Shown here: positions 32,291-45,412 of the stretch, in pieces | Position numbering within the stretch: the stretch's first letter is position 1 | How the letters are laid out: each line of letters starts with the position of its first letter | Origin: Torpedo marmorata | Lineage: Eukaryota | Assembly (NCBI GenBank): GCA_977017645.1 | Contig: OZ360237.1 | Coordinates: forward strand, 40,672,001-40,736,000 | Direction: 5' to 3' | Length of the DNA: 64,000 bases | Program-made: the position numbers and the translations under genes | Notes under the pieces: generated by a model | Databases searched by the model: none | Seen by the model: the letters and a program-made list of their open reading frames with translations, nothing else | What the model was told of the DNA's origin: nothing

Positions 32291-33296
32291 CTAAGGTGGG
32301 TGGTCAGTCTCCCAGTGGGCACAGTTGCACCTTGAAGTGATTGATTCTGTAATCTACCGTGGCTAAAGCCACTTTTATGCAGGATTTACGCATGGGAAAC
32401 ATATGCAAATGGCTCTGACATCCAGGCGAAGTTTTTCAACGTATAAATAAGCTTTTTTTGTGTCTTCAGTGTTAATTGTCTTTCAAACTAATCAACAGAT
32501 CCAAAAAGCCAACTCAATTAAAATGTGCATTGCCTTTATTATTGCAAAGATGCAAAGACACATTGAAGATGAGCAAAGCCCAGGGGTATTTACTTTGTCC
32601 TCAGTTAGGTCTCATAGTGGATGTATCTTTCAATTTGATTCAGCTATGAACTGCTTGGATGTTCATCAGGCAGAAGTGCATACGCAAGGCCACTGTTTAT
32701 AATTATAAAGCACTTAGTCTGATGAATATGATCAATAGGGTTACCTGCAATAGTATCCATAAACGTTGTGGTGACAAGAAGCTGATGTCTTTACCACTAA
32801 ATATTTCCTGGCATCATCCTCTCGCCCTCATCCCTGTCTGTACTTGAGCCAGTTTTTTTCAACTGGGGGCTTTTTTTTAAATCTCCCCACACACTGAGCA
32901 AGCTGCTCTTAAGCTTAATTCTCCTGACCCCTCAGTGCAGTCGGATATAGTCACCTAATCCTTTTGCTCTTCGATCCTATTTGTGGTTTGACTTTTTTCT
33001 TCCTTCCAGTTCCTTTTCTCTTCCTTTCTCATTCTTTCGGCGCCTCTCCAGGCTCCGCATTCCTCAGTCCTTCCTTGCATTAGCAGCACAGCACAAAGCT
33101 TTCCCAGTGTTAGGGGATTAGTCATTGAGGAGATTGCAGCAACAAGATGCATAACTTTGTGCACAGGAGTGTATGAGGCGCTGTGCTTGTGTGCCAAAGG
33201 GGAAATTGAGAGACACACACAAAAAACAACACCATGGGAAAGAAAAGAAAGGTTATGCTTAACAAGAGCTGAGATGGGAATGATGGAAGGAAATAT

Positions 33297-36200
33297 TTCA
33301 GAATCAGAATCAGAATTTATGGTCATAAACATGTCACAAAATGTGTTGTTTTGCAGCAGCGTTAACAGGTGAAAATATTGCTATAAATTACATTTTTAAA
33401 ATAAATAAAGTATCTGCCTATTTATCTATTTATTTATTTATCTATCTATCTATCTGTTTATGTATTTATTTATTTTTAAAATGTGAAATTAGTGCAAGAG
33501 AAGAGAAAGTAAGGTAGTGTCTCTGGTTCATTGTCCATTCAGAAATCTGATGGCAGAGGGGAAGAAGCTGCTTTTGTTCGTCTTCAGGCTCCTGTACCTC
33601 GTTCCTGATGGTAGCAGTGTGAAGAGGGCATGGCCTGGGTGGTGAGGGTCCTTGAGGATAGAGGCTGCTTTCTTTCTTTTTTAAATCTCTTTATTAATTC
33701 CATAAAATCATGGATATAACAGTTCATTCACTATATACGTTTACAGAAAAAAAGCAAAGAAAAGCATGATCACATGTTCCATTAATCCATCCATAACAGA
33801 GTATACATTACAGATATATATCAATTTCTTTTCTTTACAATTTAGTATTATAATGCCAATAGGTATAAAAAGAACCAAGCCACAAAAAAAAAGATAATAT
33901 AGTAATTTCATCATAATACATTTTTTTATAAAAGCTAAAGCAAACTAAACTAGCCTACCCCACCCCAGAATTGCACTGACCTGAAGAGATAATATAACTT
34001 CAAATAATGAGGAATCATAAACTCAGATAATAGTCCATAAAGGAACCCCAAATATTAGTAAATTTTAGGTTTAATTTAATATTTGAACATCTAATTTTTT
34101 CTAATGTTAAATAGGACATTAAACTTGATAGCCAATCTTCATATATCGGAGGATTACCATCCTTTCATTTTAGCAAGATCTGTCACCTTGCAACCAGAGA
34201 AGAAAAAGCAATCACATGTTTTTGATTATTAGTAAGATCATGATTACTAGGATCATTTATACCAAATTTTGCTATAAATGGATTTGGATCTAATTGAGCA
34301 GCTAAAACCAAAGAAAGAGTACAAAAAAATTTGTTCCAAAATCTAACTAACTTAGGGCACAACCAAAACATGTGAAATAATGTACCTTCATGAACATTAC
34401 ATCTATCACACAAAGATTATATAGTTGATAAAAATTTAGCCAGTAAAGATTTTGAGTAATGAGCTCTGTGAACTACTTTGAATTGAATTAAATTATGTCT
34501 TGCACATAATGAAGAGGTATGGATACGGCCGAAAATATTGGACCACACTGAAGGTGAAAAAACTTCTAAAAAATCTCTTTCCCAAGCCTCCTTCTTTTTA
34601 TCCACATGCTGTATCACATTTTCTTTTGAAAGGTTATAAAATACTGACAATGGTTTTGGTATATCAGGAGTGATAGTAAAAACCTTTTCTATGATTACTA
34701 ACTTTAAATCTAAAGGAAACTCCAATCTCAAGGAATTTATAAAATTCCTAACTTGAAAGTATCTAAAATAATTGTTTCTAGATAAGTTATACTTATTAAC
34801 CAACTGTTCAAAAGTAATAAAATTAGAATCTATAAACAAGTTTTTATATGAACATATACCGTGATCTTGCCAAATCTGGAACCCTCTATCCCCACTAGCT
34901 GGGGTAAAAAAGGTATTGAAATTTATTGTACTATCAAGCAAGAAATTAAGGAAATTATTTGCTTTTCTGAATTGGAACCATATTTTTAACGTTTGTTTAA
35001 CTATCTTGTTATTAGAATTTTGGAATATTTTAAGGGTGAAGGCATTCCTAATATGGATACTAACGAATGTTTACCTATAACCTTCATTTCTGATTTCATT
35101 CATTTAAATCTTTCTTGATAATTCTTAAAATGTATCCAAATATTAATAAATCTAGTGTTAGCACCCCAATAATTCCTGAAATTAGGTAAAGAAAAAACAC
35201 CCTGTGGTTTGTCATTTTGTAGTACTTCCTTTCTTACTCTTGGTCTTTTACCATTCCAAATAAAAGATGAAATTAAAGAGTCTATTTGATCAAAAAATGC
35301 TTTATGGAGAAATACTGGAAGTGCTTGGAATACATACAAAAAATTTTCATAAAATATTCATTTTCATAATGTTTATAGGGCCAATTAATGACATAATTAA
35401 CGGAGACCACCCTTTAGTTAAATGTTTAACTTTATTCAATAGAGGAAGAAAATTCTCTTTATATATGTGATCAAATTTCACTCTAATGTTAACCCCAAGA
35501 TATATTAAATATTTTTAAGTACCTTAAAAGGAACTTGAAATGGTAGTACATGAGGCGATTTTATCACCATTAATTCGCTTTTACCTAAATTCAATTTATA
35601 GCCCGATAAACTTCCAAATCTATCCAGTAATTGTAAAATCACTGGAACAGAATTTTTAGGATCTGAAACAAACAGCAGCAGATCATCTTCATATAATGAC
35701 ACTTTATTTTCCGTTCCCTCTCTTACAATACCTGTAATATTTTCTGATTGTTTAACTGCCAATGCTAACGGTTCCAAAGCAATGTCAAATAATAATGGGC
35801 TTAGTGGACATCCCTGTCTCGTCCCTCGGGATAATTTAAAAGGCAATGATTTCATTGAATTGGTAACAACCCTAGCCAGTGGTGAAGCATAGATTATCTT
35901 AATCCAATTAAAAATTTTGGTCCAAAATCAAATTTCCCCAAAACCGTAAACAGGTAATTCCACTCCACCCTATCAAAGGCCTTCTCAGCATTTAATGAAA
36001 TTACACTTTCAAAGCGAGTCTGCACTAGAGAATATACTATATTTAACAACCTCCTTATGTTGTACTGTATATATCTTCCTTTAATAAAACCTGTCTGATC
36101 TTCCGACATAATTAAAGGCATATTGGGCGATATGAGGCACATTCTAATGGGTCCTTATTCTTTTTTAAAATCAACGAAATAGAGGCTTCATAAAAAGTTG

Positions 36201-36883
36201 GAGGTATTTTTCCTTTATTGAATGCTTCAGCTAAAGTGGTATTTAAATAAGGAATTAATAAATCTGCAAAAGGCTGCTTTCTTAAGACACCGCCTCTTGT
36301 AGATGTCCTCGATGGAGTGGAGACTGATGCCTGTGATGGCGCTGGCCGAGTTCACAACTCTCTGTAGTCTTTTTCTGTCCTGTGCACCTCCTTACCAGAC
36401 AGTGATGCAACCACTCAGAATGCTCTCCATGGCACACCTGTAGAAATTTGCAAGAGCCTTTGATGACACACAAAATCTCCTCAAACTCCTCACGAAATAT
36501 AGCTGCTGGTGAGCCTTCTTCATGATTGCATCGGCATGGAGGCTCCAAGACAGATCCTCGGAGATGTTGACCCCAAGGAATTTGAAGTTCTTGACCCTCT
36601 CTACTACTGAGCCCTCGATGAGGACTGGGTCGTGTTCTCCTGACTTCCTCTTGAAGTCCACAAGCATCTCCTTGGTTTTGCTAATGTTGAGTGCAAGGTT
36701 GTTGTTGTGACACCACTCAACTAACTGATCTATCTCCCCCCTGTACAGTTCCTCAGTGCCATCTGTGATTATGCCGACGATCGTGGTGTCATGGGCAAAT
36801 TTGTAGATGGCATTGAAATTGTGCCTAGCCACACATTCATGAGTGTAGGGCGAGTAGAGCAGTGGGCTAAACACGCATCCTGA
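33297..36883 (-). mobile_element. Rex1/Babar (subfamily B), split by L1 (parts 33297-33674 and 36271-36883)
   Basis: (TCAGAA)n tail; GCVFSPLLYS, YKFAHDTT, FKFLGVNISEDLSW. Confidence 0.9.
33675..36270 (-). mobile_element. Older, fragmented L1-clade LINE (distinct subfamily)
   Basis: EDQTGFIKGR, AEKAFDRVEW, GTRQGCPLSP, CDRC..HMFWLC in several frames; 13-bp TSD aggctgctttctt at 33662-33674 and 36271-36283. Confidence 0.9.
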
Positions 36884-37399
36884 GACTAAAAAACAGAGAA
36901 AAAAGATGTAAAGATTATTTGTTGGCAATGGGCCTGGAAGGTAACTGATGCTGAAGTCTTCAAAATCGCTGAAGTTCAATATGGTGGGTATGAGGGTTGC
37001 AAACTGCATATTCTATCTGGTACAAAGTCTGCCATATTGGATTTAAGCACAGCTGTTTGTCCGATTATTTTCTCAGAATAAACCGTGTGGCCCAATCAAG
37101 TCCATTGTTAGTTTTGCTTTGGAAACTGTTCTTTTTTATGCCCTTGTCATACAATGGCTAAGCAAAGAAAAGGAAAAGTGACACAAAGTTGGACATGGCA
37201 CTAGCATCACTCCCCCTTCGCCCAATGACTACCTGTCTGGTGACTGCTTTATCTCGTCAGACTGATAGGCAATGGGAGAGGGTTGGGAAGGGAAGACTAC
37301 TCCTCCATGGACGGGAAAATGTAAGTCACGTCGCCACGCAATGCCCAAACCATGTCTCCCATTAATTGGCCACCCTTCAACACCAGCATGAGGAGGAAG

Positions 37400-37652
37400 A
37401 TTAAATTTTAAATGTAGACATACAACACAGCAACTGGCCCTTCCCGCTCAAGCGCCCATGCCGCCCTAATACACCCAATTAACCTACAGTCCCAGTGCGT
37501 TTTTGAAGGGTGGGAGGAAACCGGAACACCCAGAGGAAACCCATGCATACACGAGGAGAACGTATAAGCTCCTTACAGACAGTGACAAATTCAAGCCCAG
37601 GTCGCTGGCGCTGTAATAGTGCTGTGCTAACCGCTACGCTAACCGTGCCATC
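37400..37652 (-). mobile_element. V-SINE
   Basis: Reverse complement of the family pattern. Confidence 0.85.
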
Positions 37653-38774
37653 CTAAAGATGTGAACAAATTAAAAGAAAAACATTGAATTAAAAGTAATT
37701 AACCAAGCTCAGAATGACTAACACATGGTAGTGAATGTTGAAAAAGTGCACTCATAAAATGCAATGATAAAGAAAATGATCTTGTCTGGTACAAACCTCT
37801 TTTGGAACCTGCCTGATACCTTATAGACTCATGGTGTAATAGAGCCTTAGAACAGAACAGGCCCCTCAGCCCAGCATCCATGCTAATCAAGTTGGCGTTC
37901 TGGGCTACACTCATTTGTGTGGATGGGAGGGGTTTGGAAGGGGATGGGTATGAACATGAGCATGAATGAATATGAGAGTTTATTGTCATATACTTAACTA
38001 CAATGTACAGAGTCAGGTGGTTGTGAAGCTTGGACGATAACCTGAAAGGTGGTGGTGCTTGGGAGCTGCTGGCTGGACACCTTGGTAAGTAACTGCAGTA
38101 CATTTTGTAGATTGTTAGAAAGAGTGAATGTCCTTCACCAAGCTCGAGAAGTCACTGGTCCATGTCTTTCCAAACCCTTCATATCCATACATCTGTCCAA
38201 ATGTGAGATAATCAATCATTTGCTTGGCGCTATTAAATCCGTCTGATCTCACTGCCAAACCAGTGGTGACACAGTTCTTGATTGCTACAACATGAACCAA
38301 TAATATGAAAGTCAAATGTATTTTTACAGAAGTTAGCTTTGCAAGGATCTGTCATGACATCTGCACTGAACCAGTGACTTCTCCAGCTTGGTGAAGTAAA
38401 GGTTTTGAACTAGCAATAAAACAAAATGAGACATTAGATTTCCACAAAACATCTGAAGCCAATCGGCGCCCATGTAATCAGTTATGTTGCAACACGACAT
38501 TATTCAAGAACACATGGCAAATAAAAAACTCTGAAAAAGAGCGAAACATTGAGAAGCTTAAAGAAATGGGAGCAAATGTTAAATTGAGCTGTGATGTTCC
38601 AAAAAAAAACATAGTGCTGGTCTTTAAGTGAAGCAGAAATGAACCATTCTGAGGCTGCTGAATCAGTGCTATATTTTTTTAAATCTGTGTGATTGTTCAC
38701 AGATAGGAAGGCTAATTAAGGTAAAAGGGTGCTATATTCAATTAAGGTGAAACATGAAGGTTTACAGATGTTGT

Positions 38775-38875
38775 GTTTCAGGTGCCTACCGGCATTTTGC
38801 TCTTACCTTGAAGAAGGGATCAGCCCAAAACATCGGTAATATATCTTTACCTCCAGCATTTTTGTGTTTTTACTA
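38775..38875 (+). mobile_element. Internally deleted Penelope terminus with hammerhead-like motif
   Basis: ttacc-TTGAAGA-a-ggga-tca-gccc-aaaa-ca-tc-ggtaa then ctccagcatttttgtgttttta. Confidence 0.6.
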
Positions 38876-38924
38876 TATTCAATTGGCATCACTTTTGCCC
38901 CCTTAAACTCATGTTCATATGTGA

Positions 38925-39135
38925 CAGTACCAATAGCCTGGATATGACTGAGATTGTCTGATCTCAGAAGCTAAGCAGGTACAGGACTGGTCAGTACTTG
39001 GAGGGGAGACTGCCTAGGAACACCAGGTGCTGTAGGTTTCTGTGACCCTCTGTCTGCCTTACGGTAGACAAAAATTAAAGAATTTCATGTATGTTACATT
39101 CTAAATGTAGTATTACGTGACAATAATGGAATGGA
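38925..39135 (+). mobile_element. SINE with 5S rRNA-derived head (about 38925-39036) and Rex1-type tail
   Basis: gtctgatctcagaagctaagcagg (box A) ..tcagtacttggaggggagactgcctaggaacaccaggtgctgtagg (box C, 5S 3' end), then a tail shared with 7154-7290. Confidence 0.82.
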
Positions 39136-40192
39136 AATATAGAATCATAGGCTCGTAGAATCAAACAGCACAGAAATGGGGCCTTTGAGTCCAACTCGTG
39201 ATGCCAATCGACACTAATCCCATTTGCTACTCTAGTCCTGTGTCCCTCCACACCCTTCGTATCCGAGTGCCTGTCCTTTTATATATGTCCTTATAAATTG
39301 CCATTCTTTCATCGCTGCTGGGTCTAAATTCTGTAATTTTCACCCAAAAGCATTGAGGGAGTGTCTTCACTGGAAAGTCTGATGCAGTTCAAAAAGGATA
39401 GTTCAACACCACCTTCTCAAGGGCAACTGGGACAATAAATGCTGCCTATTCCAATGATCCACATGTCTCATAAATTAATAAATACATAATCTTTTGTACA
39501 GTTAAGCCATAAAATGATATGAAGGCATATCATTTGTTTTGCCTGCTTTATCCAAATGAAAATTCTGCTTTTGTAGACAGCAGTAGTGATAATGGGAACT
39601 GCAGATGACTCATTTCAGATGTTGGAGCTGAACCACTTGACTTTGGATGTCAGGTGTATCTCTCCTTGCAATACTCTGCAATCGTGAAGAAAGCACGTCA
39701 GCGCCTCTACTTCCTCAGGAGTTTGCGGAGGTTCGGTATGACACCAGAAACCCTGGCAAATTTCTACAGAGGTGTGGTGGAAAGTGCGCTGACCGGCTGC
39801 AACGCGGTCTAGTATGGGAACACCAATACCCCTGAGTGTAAAGCCCTCCAAAAGGTAGTGGACACAGCCCAGGACATCACAGGCAAAACCCTCCCCACTA
39901 TTGAGTACATCTACAGGGAACACTGCCGTCAGAGGGCAGCAGCAATCATCAAAGACCCACACCACCCAGCACACGCTCTGTTCTCGCTGCAGCCATCAGG
40001 AAAGAGGTAAAGGTGCCACAAGACTCGAACCACCAGGTTCAGGAACAGCTGCTACCCCTCCACCATCAGACCCCTCAACAACAAACTCAATCAGAGACTC
40101 ATTTAAGGACTCTTACTTTTGCAATTTATTGTTTTTTTTATTCTCTCTGTATTGCACAGACAGTTGTGTATAGTTTTTTTGCATTACCAATA

Positions 40193-40720
40193 CTGAGGAT
40201 CTGTCCTGGAGCCTCCACGTTGATGCAATCACAAAGAAGGCTCGCCAGCGGCTATACTTTGTGAGGTGTCTGAGGAGATTCGGTATGTCACCGAAGAATC
40301 TCGTAAACTTCTACAGGTGTACTGTGGAGAGCATTCTGGCTGGCTGCATCACTGCCTGGTATGGAGGCGCCAACTCTCCAGGCTTTGCAACTCCACTGAA
40401 TGCTTTTGCAGAGTTTTGCACCTGCTTTTCCAATAGTGCAACAAAGTATATTTTCTACAGCCTGTCTCTCTCTCTATGTGTTTCTCTCTCTGAGCACAGC
40501 CAGCCCTGGGCAAGTTAACTCTTTCAGTACCTGGTCTCAGTGTGTACTCAAAAGACTTCATCCTTCCTGCTGACCGTCCGCAGTCCAAATGGTCAGTCAT
40601 GGTCCATAACAATAGTAATGTTGTAAGATGGTTATAATATGAATGTTTGCACTATGACGCTGCTGCAAAACACCAAATTTCATGACTTGTTTATGACAAT
40701 AAATTCTGATTCTGATTCTG
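40193..40720 (+). mobile_element. Rex1-B 3' fragment with internal replacement
   Basis: 40193-40380 matches 25020-25198; 40612-40720 matches the B tail. Confidence 0.8.
40381..40611 (-). mobile_element. Possible partial LTR
   Basis: Foreign segment with a TGTTATGGACC terminus on the minus strand; other end apparently lost together with host sequence. Confidence 0.35.
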
Positions 40721-40872
40721 AAGTGGTAATTCTGCCTCGTCCGCAGGAAAAAGAATCTCAGGGTTGTATGTGATGTCATGTATGTACTTTGACAATAAAT
40801 CTGAAATCTGAAATTTGAAATCTGAAATCTGAAATCTCATGCCTGATTCATCATTCCAGGCTCATACTAGAG

Positions 40873-41075
40873 CAGCCATTCTCAATCTTTTTCAGCTATG
40901 GCCCTCCTAGGACACTGAGCAAAGTTTATGACCCCCTTCCCTCTGAAGCAGTGAAGTTTTCTTTTTTTCTGTACTTCTCGCCTACCAACTACATAAAAAA
41001 ACATTTTAAAAATATATGTTACGTGAGGTGAAAAGAAAGCAAGACTTTTACTTTAATGTGCTGTGGCCCCCGGAG
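40873..41075 (+). mobile_element. hAT/Charlie-type MITE, right end missing
   Basis: CAGCCATTCTCAA start after tactagag; homologous to 58985-59212. Confidence 0.7.
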
Positions 41076-41084
41076 GTAATGCCT

Positions 41085-41340
41085 CTGTACACTACTGAAA
41101 GAGCACCTCACTGCTGTTCGGATGAGATGTTGATCTGACTTCCCTCTCTGGTGGCTGGGACCGACCTCGTGTTGCTATTTTGAAAATGAGAAAAGATGTT
41201 CTGCCTTGTACACTAGCCATTGTTTACTGCTGTCAAAACTTTTTGTTGGTACACTGCAGTTTGTGGGATCTTGCTGAGCTGTTGCTTTCAGGCATTACAA
41301 CAGTGACCACTTCTGAAGCACGCAACTGCTTAGAAGTGAT
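41085..41340 (+). mobile_element. Old Deu-domain SINE relic
   Basis: ttcggatgagatgtt.., gtttgtgggatcttgctg.., cattacaacagtgaccactt. Confidence 0.55.
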
Positions 41341-41971
41341 TATGGAAAACAGCGATAGAGTATGGTGAAGCTATAAAGAGCAAGGGAGACTAAAATGCCA
41401 AGTGGCTACAGATTTAATTTTCGATGGTTATGAGTAATTGCTTTGACATTTAAATCTGCCTGTTTTGATTTCCCAATGAATTAAATCTGCAGCATTATGT
41501 TGAAATTTAATTTAATATAAAATGAAGCTGTAAATGTCGCAGTGTTACTCACAGAGCTGATAACAAACTATGGGTCTGAGACATTATGGTTAAAGGCTTT
41601 TCTTCCTTTTTAAGAAGATTTTGGGAATGAATGCAGACAGCACGAAGAACATTGATTACATCAGCACATGTTCAGTATCAGTGGTTAGTAAGTACATCAA
41701 ACTGAATTAGTCAGTCTAATTGCTTATAGAATTAATATGAGATGCTGTAATAGTGAAATAACATGCAGAGGTGCAGACCTAATATATGTTAAAACTGCTG
41801 GTCATGTTTCAGGAAGGTTAATTTTCTTTAAACGCAACAGAAAACACATTTGGCAAACATACTGTACAACTAATATATCCTCAGCCCAACAATCGTTATA
41901 GTGTTGTCTTCTTTGGGCTTTATTTTCCTTCTCCTTATAGTTCTTTCTCATGTATATCTCTATCATTTCAG

Positions 41972-42048
41972 GTCCGTTCAATGGGGAGAAGATGAGCCCA
42001 TTGATGTCGGCACATGGAGGCCTGCAACCAACATGCTTTCAGAATTAG
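41972..42048 (+). CDS. Candidate terminal coding exon of an unidentified host gene
   Basis: Pyrimidine tract and tttcAG acceptor at 41970-41971; frame reads (G)PFNGEKMSPLMSAHGGLQPTCFQN*; lies in a repeat-free island; no homolog recognised. Confidence 0.25.
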
Positions 42049-43737
42049 TCTCCTAGCAGCAGTCATTCACGTTATGTGGTCTTTCTTCCATGGGCAATGC
42101 CACCCCTGAAACTGACTTCAAGCATTTTTCATTGCCTGTTCTGCGTGAATAGCCACAGGCCTCTTGCCAATTGTCCCTGTCAAAGAAAGGCAGAGCAGAA
42201 GCCTTTCAACTTTGTCACAGTGTGCGACGGAGACTTCTATTGCATTGTTGTTTGGATGACGGTTAGCACTGTAAAGTGGGTCTGGAAGAGAATACACATT
42301 AAGAAGTGATTGAGGCTTTATTCAGTCTCCAGATGCTAGCATGTTTATTAATTTACAAAACTCATGTCATTGGCTATAAAGAAAAGATCAGGCCCATTGA
42401 AGATCAGTTCTGTTTGCTTAACAATATATTGGCAATTTCGCTTAAGTGCCCAACTTCCTGTGACTGGTACTGAATTCTCGAACATTTGTTGTGGTGATAT
42501 AGTTCGAGGATGTTGTGCAGAACATCTTGCAAAAGCTGGAAAATAATTCGGATTGCAGCAGAGTGGGAAAAAATATCATAAGATGGCTTCAGTTTGCTTT
42601 GATTCTCCTTTCATTTTTTGTGGCTTTCTCCTGGCCACGCAAAATGGAGACGGTATCAATCGTGAAAACAGTTTGCCCGAGGAAAGAGCATTGGATGGGA
42701 ACATTTATTTTAAGAAAAGAGGAAAAAAATGTTCATTTTCAGCGAAGCGGTTTTGCAGCGTTCTGTTCTGAGCTAATGGTTCCCACATCCTAACCACTCA
42801 CTTCCTTCTTCATGGCTGGTTTCAACATGGCTAGTGCAGCTTGCTGCTTATCTACTGTACAGACCAGTCACAATCGCACAACGCAGGGCTAGAATGTGAA
42901 AGTGTCAGAAACTACTCACTTCAGATCAAGACAGGTGGAGCTACATCAGCTGCTCCTGACAATAGATGACCAAGTTGGCTTGTAATGACAATAAGTGGGC
43001 TAAGTAGTTCCTTCTTTTAGTTGTCTATTTGCGTATCCTTATTTATTAATGGGCTACGCGTGTTGAGAATGAACTGCAAGTGACTCACTGACTGCCATAT
43101 TGTTCGGCTGTTGCACGAGCCAGTTTCCCCATGAAAAATGCATGGTTTCTGATCTACCCTTGCAAACTTGGCAGAGGCAAAATAGGCCACACCACTTCAA
43201 GAGCCATCTACGGCTGTATAACTACCCCCTGATCTGGTTCCACTGTTTCCATCTGTCCTTCCCTGCTCCCTTTCTCAACCCCCCCCCTCGCCTCCAGACG
43301 TCTCCTCCCTATCTTTCTCTCCACCTTCATTCATCCATTATCCTATCATCCTTTGGTCTCTCCCCGCCCTCCCTGTTTTAAAAAACTTGCTCTCTCCCCT
43401 TCCCACTTCAATCTCCACAAAAGGTTCCAAGCCAAAACTTTAACTGAGCAGTTCTCTACAGGGATGTGACTGACCCACTTCTCTGCGTTTAATAACAAGG
43501 AACACCTGAACTATTCTGTTCGCCCATCCCTGTAGCTCTTTGCACCACACTCCCCAAGCCTAACTCTCTGTCTTCTAACCCATGGCTGCTTCAAACTGAC
43601 TGACAAAAGGAAAAAGTGCACAGCATGTCAGGCAGACTGCATGGAGAGAGAAACAGAGTTGATGTTTCAGGCCGAAAACTTCCATCAGGCTTGGGAAAAG
43701 TTGGAAGTTCCATATTGGCGTAAAGGGGAAGAGTTGA

Positions 43738-44676
43738 GGAGGAATTAAAGAGTTGGCATATGAGGAATGTTTGTCAGCTCTTGGACTGTACTCGTTGGAG
43801 TACAGAAGGATGAGAGGGGACCTCATAGAGACATTTCAAATGCTGAAAGGCCTGGACAGAGTAGATGTGGCAAGGTTGTTTCCCATAGTAGGGGAGTCTA
43901 GGACAAAAGGGCACAACTTCAGAATAAGAGGGCGTCAATTTAAAACAGAAATGCGAAAAAATTTCTTTAGACAGAGGGTCATGAGTCTGTGGAACTTGTT
44001 GCCAGGGGCTGCTGTGGAAGTGAGGTCATTGGATATACAGATGGTCCCCGACATACGTCTGAGTTCCATTCTGACCGACTGGTCGGATCTTGAAATGGAC
44101 GTAAGTCGGATGTATGTTACTCCGGGCCGACAAGTTCTTAAACTGGAGCCGTGGCATTTCGTCCACGGCCCAGCCCGCCCAGCACTGGAAAGACCTGTTG
44201 TCCACCATCACCGGCACCTGGCCTGCGCTTACCTCCCCCACTTCGAACACCGGGTCCGCCACCGCCTTCCTGTCCCGAAAATAGAACACATTCGGCGGCA
44301 GCGGAGTCTCAGCACCCTCCCGGCCCGTGGCCGCCACCATGTTGGTCCGTCAAAATAAACAGCCCCTGGATCCCCAGGACCTGACGCGTAATTTTTATAT
44401 TTACATTTTTTTTATTTAAAAAAAAATTTACACAGTATTTTTTTTTACTGTCGTATGTACGGATGGTCGTAAGTCGCATATGTCGTAAGTAGGGGACCAC
44501 CTGTATTTAAGGCAGAGATTGACAGGTATTTGATTAGCCAGGGCATCAAGGGTTACAGGGAGATTGCCGTGGAGTGGGACTGAGTGGGAGGATGGATCAG
44601 CTCCATGATTGGAATGGCAGAGCAGACTCGATGGACCAATGGGCCTACTTCTGCTCCTATGTCTTATGATCTTGTG
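43738..44676 (+). mobile_element. CR1 3' fragment, split by a MITE
   Basis: LGLYSLEYRRMRGDLIETF..GESRTKGH; resumes tttaaggcagagatt after 44505; tail tcttatgatcttgtg. Confidence 0.9.
44038..44503. mobile_element. Tigger/pogo-type MITE
   Basis: TIRs CAGATGGTCCCCGACATACG / CGTAAGTAGGGGACCACCTG; TA TSD at 44036-44037 and 44504-44505; repeated subterminal cgtaagt motif. Confidence 0.9.
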
Positions 44677-45412
44677 ACAATAGGGAAAGTGTGTGACACG
44701 GAGGACAGCAGGAGAGATTAAATCGGGAAGAGCTTAATGGAGCTGGGTGAGAGGAGGTGATAAAGTAGGTCTGGGGAGGCCAGAATAAGAGAAGATGAAT
44801 ACATATGTTAAACTACCAGCAAAGAGGGGAATAAAAGCTAAGTTGGAAACAAGTCTCCAAGTGCTAAATTTTAAGTAACTTAAACAACCCCAGCTGCAGT
44901 TATAACCAGCCAGTAGGTCCATTCACTGATGAGCAAACTGTTGGAGGCAGTACTGGTGTTTTACTGCATACTGCTGATTAGGGCCAGTCAGAGAGAAGAC
45001 TACCCGGAATTGAGTAAGGTCACATCCTCTTGTAGCAGGAGGTGATATTAACTGTTATTACCGCAATTGCTCAATGACTTTTGGCAAATCTCCCCATGGT
45101 AAATTGCTTGCCTGCAAAGAAATTTATCTCCCACAGCATCAGTCAGGAGTAAATGCCTGAATCATATCTGGGGCTTTTTAAGTATGTCCATAAAATAGGC
45201 ATGCAGATCGTGATGCATGAGTAACCTTGGTGTGTTTGACCAAATGTATGCAATGCAATGCATCAACTTCATGTTCTCTGGGCTTTGGAGTTATTCGAGC
45301 ACTGCGTTAACGTCATTAACTTGTTTAACGGCTTATTTTGTCAGCAGGGACCCTGATTTTGTGATTCGCTGGTACCAACTAAAGCAAGCATGAATATCGA
45401 AAGCCAGCCTTC

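Larger units (their letters stand above)
39678..40838 (+). mobile_element. Rex1-A 3' fragment, split by a Rex1-B fragment
   Basis: 3'UTR broken at ccaata|agtggtaattctgcc (40192/40721); (TCTGAAA)n tail. Confidence 0.85.

Noticed and set aside
32985-33252. Exon after a long pyrimidine tract (acceptor at about 33051)
   Set aside because: Open frame APHSSVLPC.. resembles nothing I recognise, the donor is weak and there is no other support
33410-33478. (TATT/TATC)n array as a separate element
   Set aside because: Ordinary microsatellite expansion inside a Rex1 3'UTR
37261-37326. Small exon ending at a gtaagt donor
   Set aside because: Weak acceptor, unrecognised peptide; such sites occur by chance at this scale
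38925-39036. Functional 5S rRNA gene
   Set aside because: 5' part diverged, box C altered, solitary rather than in an array, only three Ts before a retroposon tail
43753-44358. 201-aa novel protein
   Set aside because: CR1 frame reading through into the pogo-type MITE
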